DNA of 57,781 nucleotides, counting the filler, from Platydemus manokwari (lineage: Eukaryota), in the NCBI GenBank assembly GCA_037951405.1. It is 5 parts of 5 records of this genome, joined end to end, with 100 filler letters (N's around TTAATTAATTAA, not from the genome) between each part and the next. Parts side by side here need not be neighbours in the genome. Positions count along the whole stretch, not along the records: positions 30,181 to 43,582 come from JBBMOY011740286.1; positions 43,683 to 57,781 come from JBBMOY011533634.1; 3 more parts are not named here. One strand, given 5' to 3'. The notes under the pieces are model-generated. The model did no database searches. It saw only the letters and a program-made list of their open reading frames with translations, and was not told where the DNA came from. Of this stretch, positions 39,220-52,100 are shown piece after piece (positions within the stretch are counted from its first letter, which is position 1; each line of letters starts with the position of its first letter). Both the position numbers and the translations under genes were made by a program.

Positions 39220-40590
39220 AATTAATAAAATCAGAGCTGTGCATAATTGTTCCTTAGGTTTCCAAAACTTTCCTCGAACTATGTAGTCCACTCTAATTTC
39301 TTTTTACTATCAGTCATCATCGCATATAACGGAGCTGTAATTAATGGGTAGTCTTTGATAAATCATCTGTAATAATTGCATAATCCTAGAAACGACCTCA
39401 ACTGGGTTTTGTAACCTGTTTTTATTACTTCTCAAATTTCCTTTGATAATTATTAGATTCTATACCTTCTGCAGTAACCGTGTGACCCAGGAAATTCAAT
39501 TTTCTTGTTCTAAAAGCACATTTTTTGGAATTGATTTTCAAACCTGATGCTTTAGTTAACCTGAATACCTTGTACTGCTTCTCATTGTGTTTCTCTACTG
39601 TTCTTCCATACACTAAAATATCTTCAAAATAAACAAGAACGCCTTTGTAAACCAAATCCTGGAATATGGTATTTATTGACTCTGAAACGTTGCTGGCACA
39701 GTAAATAGTCCAAAAGGTAGGCCGTTAAAACAGAACTAATCAGTTCTAGTATTGAACGCATTTTCCAACTTAGAATCTTCTTCAAGTTTGACCTGATAAT
39801 ATGCTTGGCACAAATTTATCGTGGAGAAAACTGTCGCGCCATACAAGGAGTGCAATAACTTCTCGGTTTGTTCGTTTAATTTTCTAAAGTATAAACACAT
39901 AATGATCGATCCATCTTCCTTTCCAAGCGCTTTTGCAAGGTGTTATCACATTACTTTCGAGGAGATTTTCTATAAATTCTTAAATTTCGATTTCTAAATT
40001 TATTGTCTCTCTTCTTGGGTATTAAGCAATGGGTTCCTCATTTATTCAGATCTCATGCTTTACCAAATCTGTTAGTCCCAAATCGAACCGAAAAGCCATA
40101 AAAATTGAGCCATATTTTTTTTAGACTTATTCAATGAAATATCATTCTTATAAGCAATACTCTTCATTGCTATTTTGATTCTGTCTTGGTCGCTGTATTT
40201 CTTTCCCACGTCCTTGGCATCAATTGATTCTATCCCTGTAAGGAATATTCCACAAGTCTTCATCATATTAACTCCTCCGATAAATCCTGATGAAATTTAT
40301 TTTTACTACAATTATCTCGTTTGATAGAATTTTGTTCTTCCAAACTAATGGGATCCTTAAATTCCATAGAGACAATTTGTGTATATTGGAGAATACACCA
40401 CCCAATCGAACATCAGAATTTTTATTCTACGGCGCCCCAATGCGTCTCCAATTGCTCTCATTGATCACTGTTATTGATGCACTATAATTCCGTAACATTT
40501 CAGATTTGCAAACATTTTCTCATTTTCATCTCGTTTGGCTCTTGTAAGAGCATTTATTTCGACGTAGTCGGCATTTAAAACATCATTGGT
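39220..40590 (-). pseudogene. Ty3/gypsy gag-protease-reverse transcriptase relic
   Basis: Zn-knuckle remnant (CFKC), protease-like ASITVINESNWRRIG, and RT motifs FSTINLCQAYYQV, LPFGL..VPATFQ, VLVYFEDILVY (decayed YLDD), LNFLGHTV, LRSFLGLCNYYR. Confidence 0.9.
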
Positions 40591-42144
40591 TTCCATCAAA
40601 TTTAATATTTAAAAATCACACGTCTTTTTTCGAATATTTAAACAAATCTAATTGTAATCTAACTCATTGTATTATATTCAATATTATATTCAAATAAAAT
40701 CAACACATAAACTGTCAATAATTTGAGGAGAATAGGAATACATAAATTTGATATAAATATAAATCGTTGTACAAAATTACACATTTCGAATTAATTTCTC
40801 GAAACCAATAACCAATTTAAGAATTAGTAAGCCGATATCAATGGGAGGAAGGTTCCAATGTGATGTGTTTCTCAATTTGGGTTGAGATCATTGGCATCAT
40901 TGGAAAATTCTCATACATGTCACAAGAATAAATATAAATGTAGTTGCCAGTAATATTGACATAGGAAAAATGATAATATACAATTATATAAGACATAATC
41001 ACATATTGATTTGNNNNNNNNNNNNNNNNNNNNNNNNNNNNNNNNNNNNNNNNNNNNNNNNNNNNNNNNNNNNNNNNNNNNNNNNNNNNNNNNNNNNNNN
41101 NNNNNNNNNNNNNNNNNNNNNNNNNNNNNNNNNNNNNNNNNNNNNNNNNNNNNNNNNNNNNNNNNNNNNNNNNCAATAATGATTATTGATAAAAAATCCA
41201 CCTCAAATCTTAACTTTTCTGTATGAATTTAAATTTATTTCAAAAAACCTAATTTAATCTAACATTTCATTACATTAGTTTTTCACGGCATGAATTGCGG
41301 ACGCATTTTTCCCCAATTGTTCGAAGTTAGCTAATTAATCTCCCCAAACAATATGTTCTATCTTAAAAAAATCTCATTAATTTATTCCATTAAAATACAA
41401 ATGATAAAACATCACTCTTATTTTTAATCGATTCGACAACCTTTTCGTCAACATATAGATTGGATAAAAAACGTAAAAATTTTTACTCGAACAAAATAAT
41501 TTTTCACCAAGTCGTCTCCGGTTTTTTGGATTAAAAAACAATCATAAAACGCAAATTTAAACGAAGAACAAACGATTGTTTTGCTCTTTATAATTCGTTT
41601 TTTTTGAAACTTTCTATTTATAATTGATTTTAGGTTGGTTTTTTTTTCTGAGAAATTATCTTAATAACTTTAATTTGTTTTTCTTTACTGTCGTTCTTCC
41701 AAAACAAATTCATTTGTTCTTTATTCGGTGATAAAACAAACTAATTTTTTTGTCAATTAAATTACCAATTATTTCCAATTTGTTTATTGGTTAATTGATT
41801 TAAACAAAATATATTATTTCAGGAATAATGTTAAAATCGATAAAAATCTTTGTTATTTGTTAACAGGAAATAATATTTATATGTTTGTTTTTAATAATAT
41901 CTTTGAAAAGGAGCTTTGTACAGAAAACGGATTATTTGTTTTAATTATATCACCATTTTATATAATATATTTTTAATCGATATTCGGCACACAGATAATA
42001 CATCTTCTCTAGAAGTAATGATATCAATATCATCACAACGTTTAATAATATAAAAATCAAGAATCTGATATAATTGAAGCCAAACATTGTAAAACTGGAA
42101 TACCATCAAAGAAATCAAAGAATTTTAACTGCAAAAATAATAAC

Positions 42145-43244
42145 ACTTCAATCACTCATGGGCTCTCCTTCATTGTTCAATACTTCTTCCCATCTTTTCA
42201 CTCGTTTGTTGATTCCATTTTGCCAAAAGATGTTGCTGAACTAATTCTCAAAATAATTCTTATTTTCGATACTAAGACCCCTCATTTCATTTGAAAGGCA
42301 GCGGAAGAGATGGTAATCCGTCGGAAATAGGGAAATGTTGAAGAACCCCCAACCTTACGTTTGGAGGGCCATTATGACAGCTTTTGTGGTATGGAGGAGG
42401 AACATCTGGCCTTTGTCGATACAGTTTTTTTGATTAATTGTCTCATGGACTCGATGGAATTGGGCTTTATAGAGATTCTTCTCTACTATAATGTTCTTTT
42501 CAATACATTCTAAATCCCACCATATTCAAATCTTCGTCTTCATCGGTGCAAGTCTTGCTTGATCATGGGGTTAGATTTCTCTCCAAGACTCACTTACTCT
42601 TTCCTTTGCTTCATATTCACATAGACACACCATTTCTCGTCTCCAGTGACGATTCTATTTAAAAAACGTTGCCTGTGGCCATGGGTTCCTTGGTGTCGAG
42701 TGAGATTTTGAGCAGCGATGAAAAGCCGCTTATCTTTCTGTTTTTGGTTAAGTTCGTGCGGGACCTAAACTCCAAACTTTTGAGTGAAACCCAGTGACTG
42801 ATGTTGGTACGAAATTATCGCAAAATAATAATTCATCTTTTCGCTCAATCTGCATGTCTGGAGGCCATCTTTCGTCAGAAGTTCAATGAGTTGGTCTTCG
42901 TACATCTCGATTGGTTTTCCAGAACAAAGACCGCCATTGAAGTCGAAAACATCGTGTTTGAACCTCACAAGCCTATCCCGATATCTCAGCTATAGCGTTC
43001 AATTCATACATGACACAAATATCTCTGGTAGCTTCATTAGGCACTAGGAAGGATGTGTCGAAAATTCAATTTTTGTCGACTTGACAATCCATTTGACGGT
43101 TCTAAAATAAGAGAAAAATTAATACCGGCACAAACGATTACTTTAATCTTGTAGAGCCTTTCTAATGGTGTATTGCCAAACATCAAAAAGTCTTTAGAGA
43201 ATAAACAGTTTCACGTAACTGCGGGAACTTATGCAACAACCTAA
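42145..43244 (-). mobile_element. Second mariner element (3'-truncated, disrupted transposase)
   Basis: 5' TIR TTAGGTTGTTGCATAAGTTCCCGC ending at 43244. Motifs VPHELNQKQK, FLNRIVTGDEKWCL, PTDYHLFR, GINK..KRWEEVL. No 3' TIR found. Confidence 0.9.
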
Positions 43245-44028
43245 AATTTTTCCAAAGCGTATTTTACAAAATAGTTTCTGCTAGCAAATGCGCTTGATGG
43301 AATCTTGAAAACTCATCGACAACAATTTATATGTTAGAGATCAAATGACATTTCATAAACATTCTAAAGAACGATTTTTAATTATACAAAATTAAAGATC
43401 GTATAACTGACAAATATCTCGTAAAATCGATATTATTATTATTATTATTATTATTTATATATTTGTAAAAACTGCTTATATCCCACATCTATTGATCTGC
43501 ATTATCTTATTTCCTGAGAGAGATAATAAAATATGAAATTAGTTTGTTTACATTTATGTATTCACAGATTAGATTTCTATAGNNNNNNNNNNNNNNNNNN
43601 NNNNNNNNNNNNNNNNNNNNNNNNNNTTAATTAATTAANNNNNNNNNNNNNNNNNNNNNNNNNNNNNNNNNNNNNNNNNNNNAAATATTTTTAAAGAATA
43701 TAATTAAATAAACTATATAGAATTTTGCAATACACTCAACAAATTTAAAATTTCATTTCTTGACTTTAACTCAAAAATAGAAATGAATGGAATAATTATC
43801 AAATACTCTACTACTCTTTTCAATAAGTAGTTTCAATTCAATAATGCAGATATATTAGCTAGACATCCATCTGATCCAATTCATCAACACTTCAATGACT
43901 CCCCACCTCTATCAAAATTATCAATAAAATTCATCGCACAATAATAAATGCTGAGAATTTTTGTGAAATATTTTCAAATCAATCAATTTGAATTCAAATC
44001 AATATCAATCTATATAATCAATCAATAC

Positions 44029-47000
44029 CTGAGATGATGCATTGACAAATTCTTCCTTTTTCATATGAGCCAAGTTCTGTAATCGAACGGATTCCTTATA
44101 AATGGCGCTATCTTCAACATTAAACTGTTGGGCATTATTGAATACAAGATCCATGTCATTCAATGTTTGATCGATATCTTGATAGAGATTTTTCTATGAA
44201 ACAATTCATTAATCAATTATCGTCCAATTGATTCAAACAACTTTTATTTTAGCTTTCACCATTAGAAGAGACATCGGTTCAAGAATCTCGAGATAATAAT
44301 CAGGATACATTCTGTGACAAATCAATACAAATCGATAATAATACTAATAATGATAATAATAATACTAATAATAGTGATAATACTAATAATAATGATAATA
44401 CTAATAATGATAATACTAATCATAATGATAATACTAATAATAATGATAATACTAATCATAATGATAATACTACTACTAATAATAATAATGATAATAATAA
44501 TATCAAATCAATAACTTTTTAGATGGTAACTTCATGAATGGAGCACAGAGATTGTTGCCATTGTTGAGAGTGATGCTTGTAATGGCTTTATAAAGCTGCC
44601 ATTGTGGATAACGATTATCACTAACGGGAATTTGAAGATCTTCATCAATTTCAACACAACTTTCCAATGTATCATCTTGTTCTTCACTGTCAAATTCATC
44701 ACTATCCTTAGGTGATTCCATTTTAGCATATTTATCCGTAATGTTTAAAGGTATCTTCCTTTTACGACCTCTGCTAATAATTATCAAATATCCATATCGA
44801 AACCATCTAATATGATATCACCTTCGAGGTTTTTGATTTTTAACTCCAGTCTCAATTTCTGTTCGTTTGGATTTGATAATTTTTTGTAATTCTACGGCAT
44901 GCTAAATTCAATTTGACATGTCATTATACATATATTTCTCTCCTATCACCCATTATACCATACCTGGAAAACTTCTGATTTGGGCTCGTTGAAAACTTTG
45001 GCATTTTTTATCATCAATTGAAAATCTCGTTCTATATCATCGATGGTCAAATAAACGCCAGATTTTATTCGTTTCGCTATTATTCTCAGATCAATCGGTT
45101 CTTTAATGATTTCCAAATATTGTGGGTACGCCTAACATGGAAATATTTTATTATTTAATCAAATGGATTGGGAATCATGAGATACGTTTAAAGTAACACA
45201 ATTCAAAACAATATCAGCCTCCTTAAAATAGGAAATAACTTAAAGCCAAATGCACAAATCATAATCTAAATTAGAAATTAAGCATATTTTCATAATTATC
45301 TATTATGGTATCATTATCAAGATTGAAATAATTAATTAATTATAATTTTAATTAATGGATCAACTGAAGAATCTCACCATAGACTTGCTCAGGTGGGAGA
45401 TTCTTCAATTGCACATATTCAATAAATCTATTGTGCTTTAAACATCTACTTATATTAAATCTCGTTTGTTTTAGTTTAATTAATTTTAAATACTCTAATT
45501 TATTCAAGACATACTTCTTTCTTTACTTTATCAGTTTTCAATTGGTTAAAACGCCACAACCTTTTAGCAAGTGAGCTAAATTGCACAGATTGTGGTCAAG
45601 AAATGAATTTTTACACTCATACATTTTGCAATATCCTCAATAAATAAATTTGATTAATATTTGACTTATTTTGATTATTTTTTATTATTTTTGGGTGGAG
45701 ATTCTTCAATTGATCCTAATTAATTAATATAATTTTAATTAATTATAATTATAAGTTATAATTAATTTATAAATGTTCAATATTTAATTTCGATTATATC
45801 GATATTCCTTATGACTTATTCAATTGTTTATCTAAACTGATTTGATAATTTGAAATCAATCAATACATTTTATTGATTTTCTGGAAATTAATGGAATAAA
45901 ACATTTTAATAAAAGATATTTTATTTTTGAAATATCGCATTTTCAAAAATAAAAATCTAGTAAATTCTTATCGTACGAATTTTCAAACAGGAAAATCTTT
46001 ACAGTTTTTATTTGCTATGGGAATTTGCTTATATAAAGAACATGTCCAGAAAAGTCTGTAGGTCTTAAAATTGAGCTTAGAAATCATAGCAATGGTGAAT
46101 AGGGTTTTGCAAAAACTTTGAAATCAGCCTTGAATAACGAAAACTTTGTAATCGCATGCTGAAATTTCATTTTTCATCGAGATGGGTTTAAAAAGACCCC
46201 CCCCCCAAAGCACATATTTAATATAAAACCCCATCTAAAGGACTTAATAAATATAATTTAATTTATACTGATTTTACTAGTTCCCCAGTATATCCATAGC
46301 TTTACCATTTAAATTAAAGGTTTTTAATCAAGATATAGCGAACCCCACCAATCACATCTATCAAAATAACCTTGTAATATTTTCAATCAAATTTAAGGAT
46401 TGCTTTTATAAAAATTAAGATTTTATTTTTCTTGCCATAAAAATCCCAAAATCAATAATTTTCATAACTTACACTGGAACCAGTAAATCATATATGATAA
46501 TCAAAATATTGCATCAGATCTAATAATAATGATGACAGAATGATGATATCGAATGATAATTGACAGAATATTGTCACTGAATTTATTCAATCATTGGTCA
46601 ACACACATCTAATCAAATCAGGAGTCTGATTGATGTGATTATTATATCAGTTCAAGAATGCCTCGAAACAGCCAACACCAGTAACGAGTTCTTATTTCAC
46701 GCATTATTTCCACAATTAAACATCTCAATTCAGTGTGACCTCTATTTTGTGAGGTCGATTATTAATTTTTAATTTATTTAGGCCACCATTCATCAATAAG
46801 TCGAAGCTTTACGATATTTATCAAGAAAAATTAAAATTAATTTCTTTTAATAAAAAAAAACTAGTTAAAAATTCTTAATAATATCAAAAAATAATAAAAA
46901 ATCGATTTTATAAATAATGAAAAAATTGTCTTTAAATTTTCATTAGGCTTAGTTTTATGGTAAAAAATTACATTTCTCGATGGTAAATATGTGAATGTTG

Positions 47001-47788
47001 GAGCCAGATCTTTACCATCTTCCGTTTTCTGGCTGACAACCGACGTAAAATAGGCTTCGAGAGGATTTTCCGAATAATTGCTGCTGATCTCCGACGTGTT
47101 TCGAGAATCATCTGATGTCGATAAAGATATTTGATCACTCATACCATCATCAATTGAAATTGCTATTCGTTTCCTTCCTCGTCTCGAACGACCTTCGGCA
47201 CCTACAATGAATAACATGCCAATTTTAAACTTTTGCTGTCGAACTTATGTTACTGCTTTCAGCTTTAGCGTCGGCCTTTATGGCAATGTTTCGTTTTTCT
47301 TGTTCAAATGCGTTAGATAATAAAATCGAATCCTGGTATTCTAAAGACGAAGGAGAATGGTAAGTTTTAGCATTTTCCATTAACTGTTCGATATCTATTT
47401 GAAAATCGTAAAACGTTTCATATTCATCATTTTTGATTCGTGATTGGATTTTAATAATATCAATGGGTGTCTCGATCACATCATAATAATCCGAAGCTGT
47501 ACGCTTATTCGGTAATCTGATAAATGAGTCTGCAATTAGATGCCCGTCATCGGCTTTAGCATTTCGTAACTTGTCCAAGATTTCTTGACAATGTGTAACC
47601 TATTAGAAGTGAGAAGTAGTACCAACTAAATTTTTTACAATTACTTCTAATCTAGAATCAATTGTTTTTCGTCTTTTCCTAGTGGAAATAGTACTAGATG
47701 CAGATTGAATAGAATCTTCATTGTAATCTGTAATTGATACACTTTCGTCACTTATACTTGAACTTCGTCTACTTCTTTTGAATGGCAT
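44029..47788 (-). CDS. PBRM1: Polybromo-1 / BAF180 (PBAF subunit), 5' part with bromodomains 1-3; runs toward the gap at 43583
   Basis: In-frame GT-AG exons 47788-47645, 47599-47254, 47201-46972, 45131-44964, 44901-44822, 44773-44516, 44311-44242 and 44193-44029. Three tandem bromodomains: FIRLPNKRTASDYYDVIETPID, LPSRNAYPQYLEIIKEPIDL...NAKVFNEPKS, FMKLPSKKMYPDYYLEILEPMSL...NAQQFNVEDS. Confidence 0.92.
44333..44500. repeat. Compound (ATA/CTA/ATG)n trinucleotide microsatellite in a PBRM1 intron
   Basis: Directly visible. Similar simple repeats at about 9080-9165, 18355-18383 (TG)n and 30005-30080. Confidence 0.9.
45357..45716 (+). mobile_element. Merlin (IS1016/ISXO2-like) deletion derivative in PBRM1 intron 3
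   Basis: TIRs GGATCAACTGAAGAATCTCACC / GGATCAATTGAAGAATCTCCACC and a perfect 8-bp TSD TAATTAAT. Extra inverted TIR copy at about 45393-45411. Internal NWLKRHNLLASELNCTDCGQEM resembles the Merlin transposase N-terminal Zn finger. Confidence 0.75.
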
Positions 47789-49609
47789 TTATTAACCTAT
47801 AAAATAAAATAGAACAATGAATTACAAAACTACAACAAATAATTAAAATTAATTAATCGCCATTTATTATTTAATGTACATTTTTAAATTAACAAAAAAT
47901 TCTTTTAACATATCTAAACAAATCGTATAAATGTAAAGGTTATTCATAAAAATTAAAGTTTTGGCTTAGTTACGTTAGCTTTTGTAAAAAATTAAAATGT
48001 AAAATCTTTTAAATATTTATTGTGAATTAATCATAGATTTCTCAGAATAATCTTGAATTTTTTCATAATTCAATAAATTCAATATTTATAATTAATTTTG
48101 ATATCTTTATTTTTTATATTTAATTAAACATCCTCAAAATTTGGAAACAATTTTTGAATGGATTCAAAGTTATTAGGATTTTTAAAATGTAAATCTCGCA
48201 TTACGTGGTAAATCAATTGTAAAAAAAGCCTTGTGAATAAGTTTAATTTAGATAGTGAAAAAATAAGTCATAGATTTAACCCAATAATAATTAAGAAAGG
48301 ATGTATAAACATACTAGTATAAATAGAGTGCTAATATTGAGTAAGTTTTACGAAGACTAGATGAAAAGTTATCTGAATTAATAATAGGTAATTTTAAATG
48401 AATTTAAAAGGACTGATTTTATTTGATAGACAATTTATATAACAACAATTGTGTAAATCTTAATACTTATTTCCAAATTGTAATGAATACTAAGACAGTC
48501 TAGATTACAGTAATATATTAGTATAAATTCTATATTTAGTAAATTTTCTGGAACACTTTAAAAGCACCAGTAATCACGGTAAGTCCCTTACCTCATCTCT
48601 TTTTAAAAGTCTAATATTTTCATTTTATACATTGAATTTCAAGTTCAGATAAGAGGCAAAATAAACAAGGTAGTTTAGGAAGAATTAAAAGCTTTTTCTA
48701 GAGGTTCCGATAACAACACTGTCATCTCCATAAGCTAAGGCCCACAAGAAAAGAGATAGATCAAGTTTCAAGGTTACTTGAAATTAATGAAAATGAAGCT
48801 CTCAAAATTGTTTAATATGATTATTGAATTCTAAATTTAGCGACTTTTAATATTGACAAATAATAAATTAACACTACTAACTGTTTTCAGCAACTAAGGC
48901 TGATTGAGGAATTTTTTAAAGCATTCGTTAGTTCTTCAAGAATTATTGGTTTGAAGTAAGAGTTGTTTTTGAATCTCATTAGGTTGGGGAAAAGCTAGTA
49001 GACTTGGGTGCAGAGTGGGGATAGTAAATTGATGTTAAAGTGATAGTAAAGCAATAATTGCAGGTTAAGATGGAACAGCAGGAATTACTTGAGCAATTAC
49101 AAGTTCTATTAATCAAGTAAGATAACCTAAAGAACATATTTTAAAACATGAAAAGTGAAAGAAGTATTAAAGCAGCTAAAATATAGTGTAGGAACTACTA
49201 AAAATAGATATAATGATAATGCTGCGAATTGACAAAATCAACAACGTAACAATCATTTTGACAAATAATTCGAGCATAATAATAACTTATGTGGAACAGT
49301 TTTGGTTGACTTAACAATTTCGAAACATTTGCTGAATTTTGTGCATAATTTGTAAACATTTATGCAACAATTCTTATTGTAACAATTTCTATTTTTGTAA
49401 AAGTTACAATTTTACCTTCTGAAAGCTGGAACGAATATTTTTAAATGGTTATTTTATTCTTTATAACTTCTGGACAAATTAATAATAAATAATAATGATA
49501 ATGTGAACACGGTTAATAGGTTTAAGAAAAATTATAATATTTATAATATTTCAAGGATTTAATAGTATAAAATATCTGAATGGTTTATAATTTCTAATAT
49601 CAATTTGCA

Positions 49610-50156
49610 GTAGGAATCTTACTTATTAAATTTAAAGTTAAGGACCTTCTGAATAAAATAAATTGTATCGAATTTAACCAAACAGTAGAACAATTAAAAC
49701 CCGTTTCTAAAATCGTATAAATAGAGGGTCAAACATCAGAACCTTGCCCATTGTCTAGAAATCACTAAGCTCATTAGTTAACTGAAACCACTAGAGAAGT
49801 CTATCTTTCATATTTATCAGAAGCCATTCATATTTGCCTTGTAAAACTGTTTAGAATAGGCATCAATTGGTGCAGTAGTAAGAATTAAAATAAACACTAA
49901 CTGGTGCTCGAATTGTTACGAATAGTGAAGTTTGAAAAATTGAAAAATTAAAGTTACAAATCGCTAAATTAGTGAAATTAGAAATCGTTGGGATACGAAT
50001 AGATAAGGCAAACGAAGTTGATAAATAAAAACCAAGGAGCTATCGATAAATTTAATTTGAGAGAAGGAACTATTGATAAATTTATTTTGAGCCAAGATGG
50101 TATTATTTACAAATTGAAATTGAGCCAGACAGATTTTGATAAATTAGATAATTAAT
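49610..50156 (+). pseudogene. Decayed ORF ending in ~10-aa tandem repeats (QGAIDKFNLR-EGTIDKFILS-QDGIIYKLKLS-QTDFDK)
   Basis: About 30-bp tandem repeat at about 50030-50150 that keeps the frame. The upstream frame is interrupted by stops. Identity unknown. Confidence 0.3.
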
Positions 50157-50370
50157 GCGGGCTTGATAATTCATGGCGTGAACCGGAGAGCTAGTTTAGC
50201 GACGCATTATAAGTAACTTCGGTACAGATGCTAATAAAACCTAATTTATAATATTTTATTATTAGCTGAGAAGTTGTAAATTTATATAAAATGAAAAATT
50301 AAATTTATTACTCTGAAATATGTTTTAGGGTTTGAAAATAAAATTCAACTGAAAACGAAAATATATTTCT

Positions 50371-50660
50371 GATAATACAACAATAAATATTGAATGTTCA
50401 TTTGCAAAATGGAAGTATTGTTTCGGATACAAATCATGATATACAAAAAGTTCAGTTACCATTCTTGACTTTTCAGTGTTTCACCTTTTTATCAATGCGT
50501 TGAACTAGTAAACCAATCAATTTATTTTCTATTGACAACAAAATATATCGGAGAGATTACATTTAAAATTACTAATCAAAATAATAATTTAATTGATTTT
50601 AGTTTTCAAGAAATATATTGTGGAGCCACCTTCAAATCATCCGAGTCACTTGAGCAATAA
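50371..50660 (+). pseudogene. Polinton/adintovirus minor capsid protein (penton, PX) C-terminal relic
   Basis: Frameshifted translation INIECSFA/NGSIV.../VSPFYQCVELVNQSIYFLLTTKYIGEITFKITNQNNNLIDFSFQEIYCGATFK, matching the PX pattern I.C.L..GS..../V.PGY...E.P....Y.P.....I..I...ITDQ....IDF..E.I.....LK. Confidence 0.65.
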
Positions 50661-50999
50661 AGGAAGGATGAACAGCAAGAATAAAAAAATTTTGAAATAA
50701 AATAAGAACAAAAGTAAAATTTTAAAAAAATATACATAAAATTTGTTTAATTGTATAAATTATCTCATTGACTTCAAGGTTATCGGAAAATTCAACCAAG
50801 ATGTAAACGTTGAAATCACATCATGTCTAAAAAAGAATAACCACAAATAATATAATATAAATTGTTGAGTTTTGAAATTTTTGGCAATAGAAAACTGCAA
50901 TAATCAGACAATAATGGTGTGTATCACTCTGCAATCTTTTATTACATGTATAAAAGTATTTCATTCATGAAAAAATAATGAATAACATTTATATGTGAA

Positions 51000-52100
51000 T
51001 TCAGAGAAATTATACGATCAACTGAAATAGAACATAATTTGTTATAATTAAAACCCCAATTAATAATCCCCATAATTAATAAAAATCCGATATTAATATG
51101 AACAAATTAAACCCATTAAAATTACCATGTAATAAATTCACTCATTAAAACAATGCGCATAGTGAATTTGTCGTTGGAATAAACAAACAGAATGAATTAT
51201 AGAGCACATCAAATAAATATCCAGCTAGAATAAAATGATAGCCACGCATTTAATCGCAGATAATTTATCTCTGTTATAGTGGAATTAATTGCAGAGAATT
51301 TCTTACTGTCCCAATAAATTCCGATACGATAAAAATATACCCTGCATTAAATAAGACTTGTAGAGAATGTCTAAGAATGACTCACCGCTGCCTATATAGG
51401 GCAATGGCTGCAATAATTATATGCAAGATTGTTACATAAAACCCAGAAAGCTAAATTCAAGATCATTTACTGTCGAGATTAGGATTAGAAAATGCCCATC
51501 ATTTCTATTGGAAGAACAAACATTAAGAATATGCATTTAAATTCATATATTAGTATATATCGCATATTCTTCGTATCTATACAGTGTAACTCAAATTACT
51601 TGAAATAGACACTTCCCCAATATCACGAAGTGGTTTCTTGGTCTACGATCTTCTACCCTGAATTGTACATAAATCCTTCATTTATGTGTATATAAGTAGA
51701 ACTAAAATAATTTAATTGTATGAAAGTATTAAATTCTTAACATTTTGTTGTAAAGAATATTTTTTGCTAAAATTAGTTCTGATATTCATTTAGCATTTAG
51801 CTTTCATAGGATTCATAAATTCACCATTAAATTTTTCAATATAACTCTCACTACCTTTTTGAAGTTGTCCAGGTGCATTATTAAATCTGTTAAAGATTGT
51901 CGAAGTGGTTTTATAGTAATTATAAATTCAAATTACAAATGTACAATTTGTAAACTCTATAACTAATACTATAATGATTATCAGAAGGATTTTAATCAAT
52001 AATTATATTGACTCAAAAATCTTCAACTTATCTGGACTCCAAACAGATAAGAGGTTGTGGTCGCTTGATCACTCGTTTAATATAATAAAAATAATATTTA
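51000..52100 (-). repeat. Unclassified interspersed repeat family, copy C
   Basis: Homologous to copies A and B. The decayed ORF reads QKG...NIRTNFSKKY...TYIHINEGFMYNSG...IDTKNMRYILIY. Confidence 0.6.

Noticed and set aside
38026-41226. ORFs containing long X runs
   Set aside because: They only span N gaps.
44314-44514. 66-aa Ile/Met/Leu-rich ORF resembling a membrane peptide
   Set aside because: Translation of an intronic trinucleotide microsatellite on the strand opposite PBRM1.
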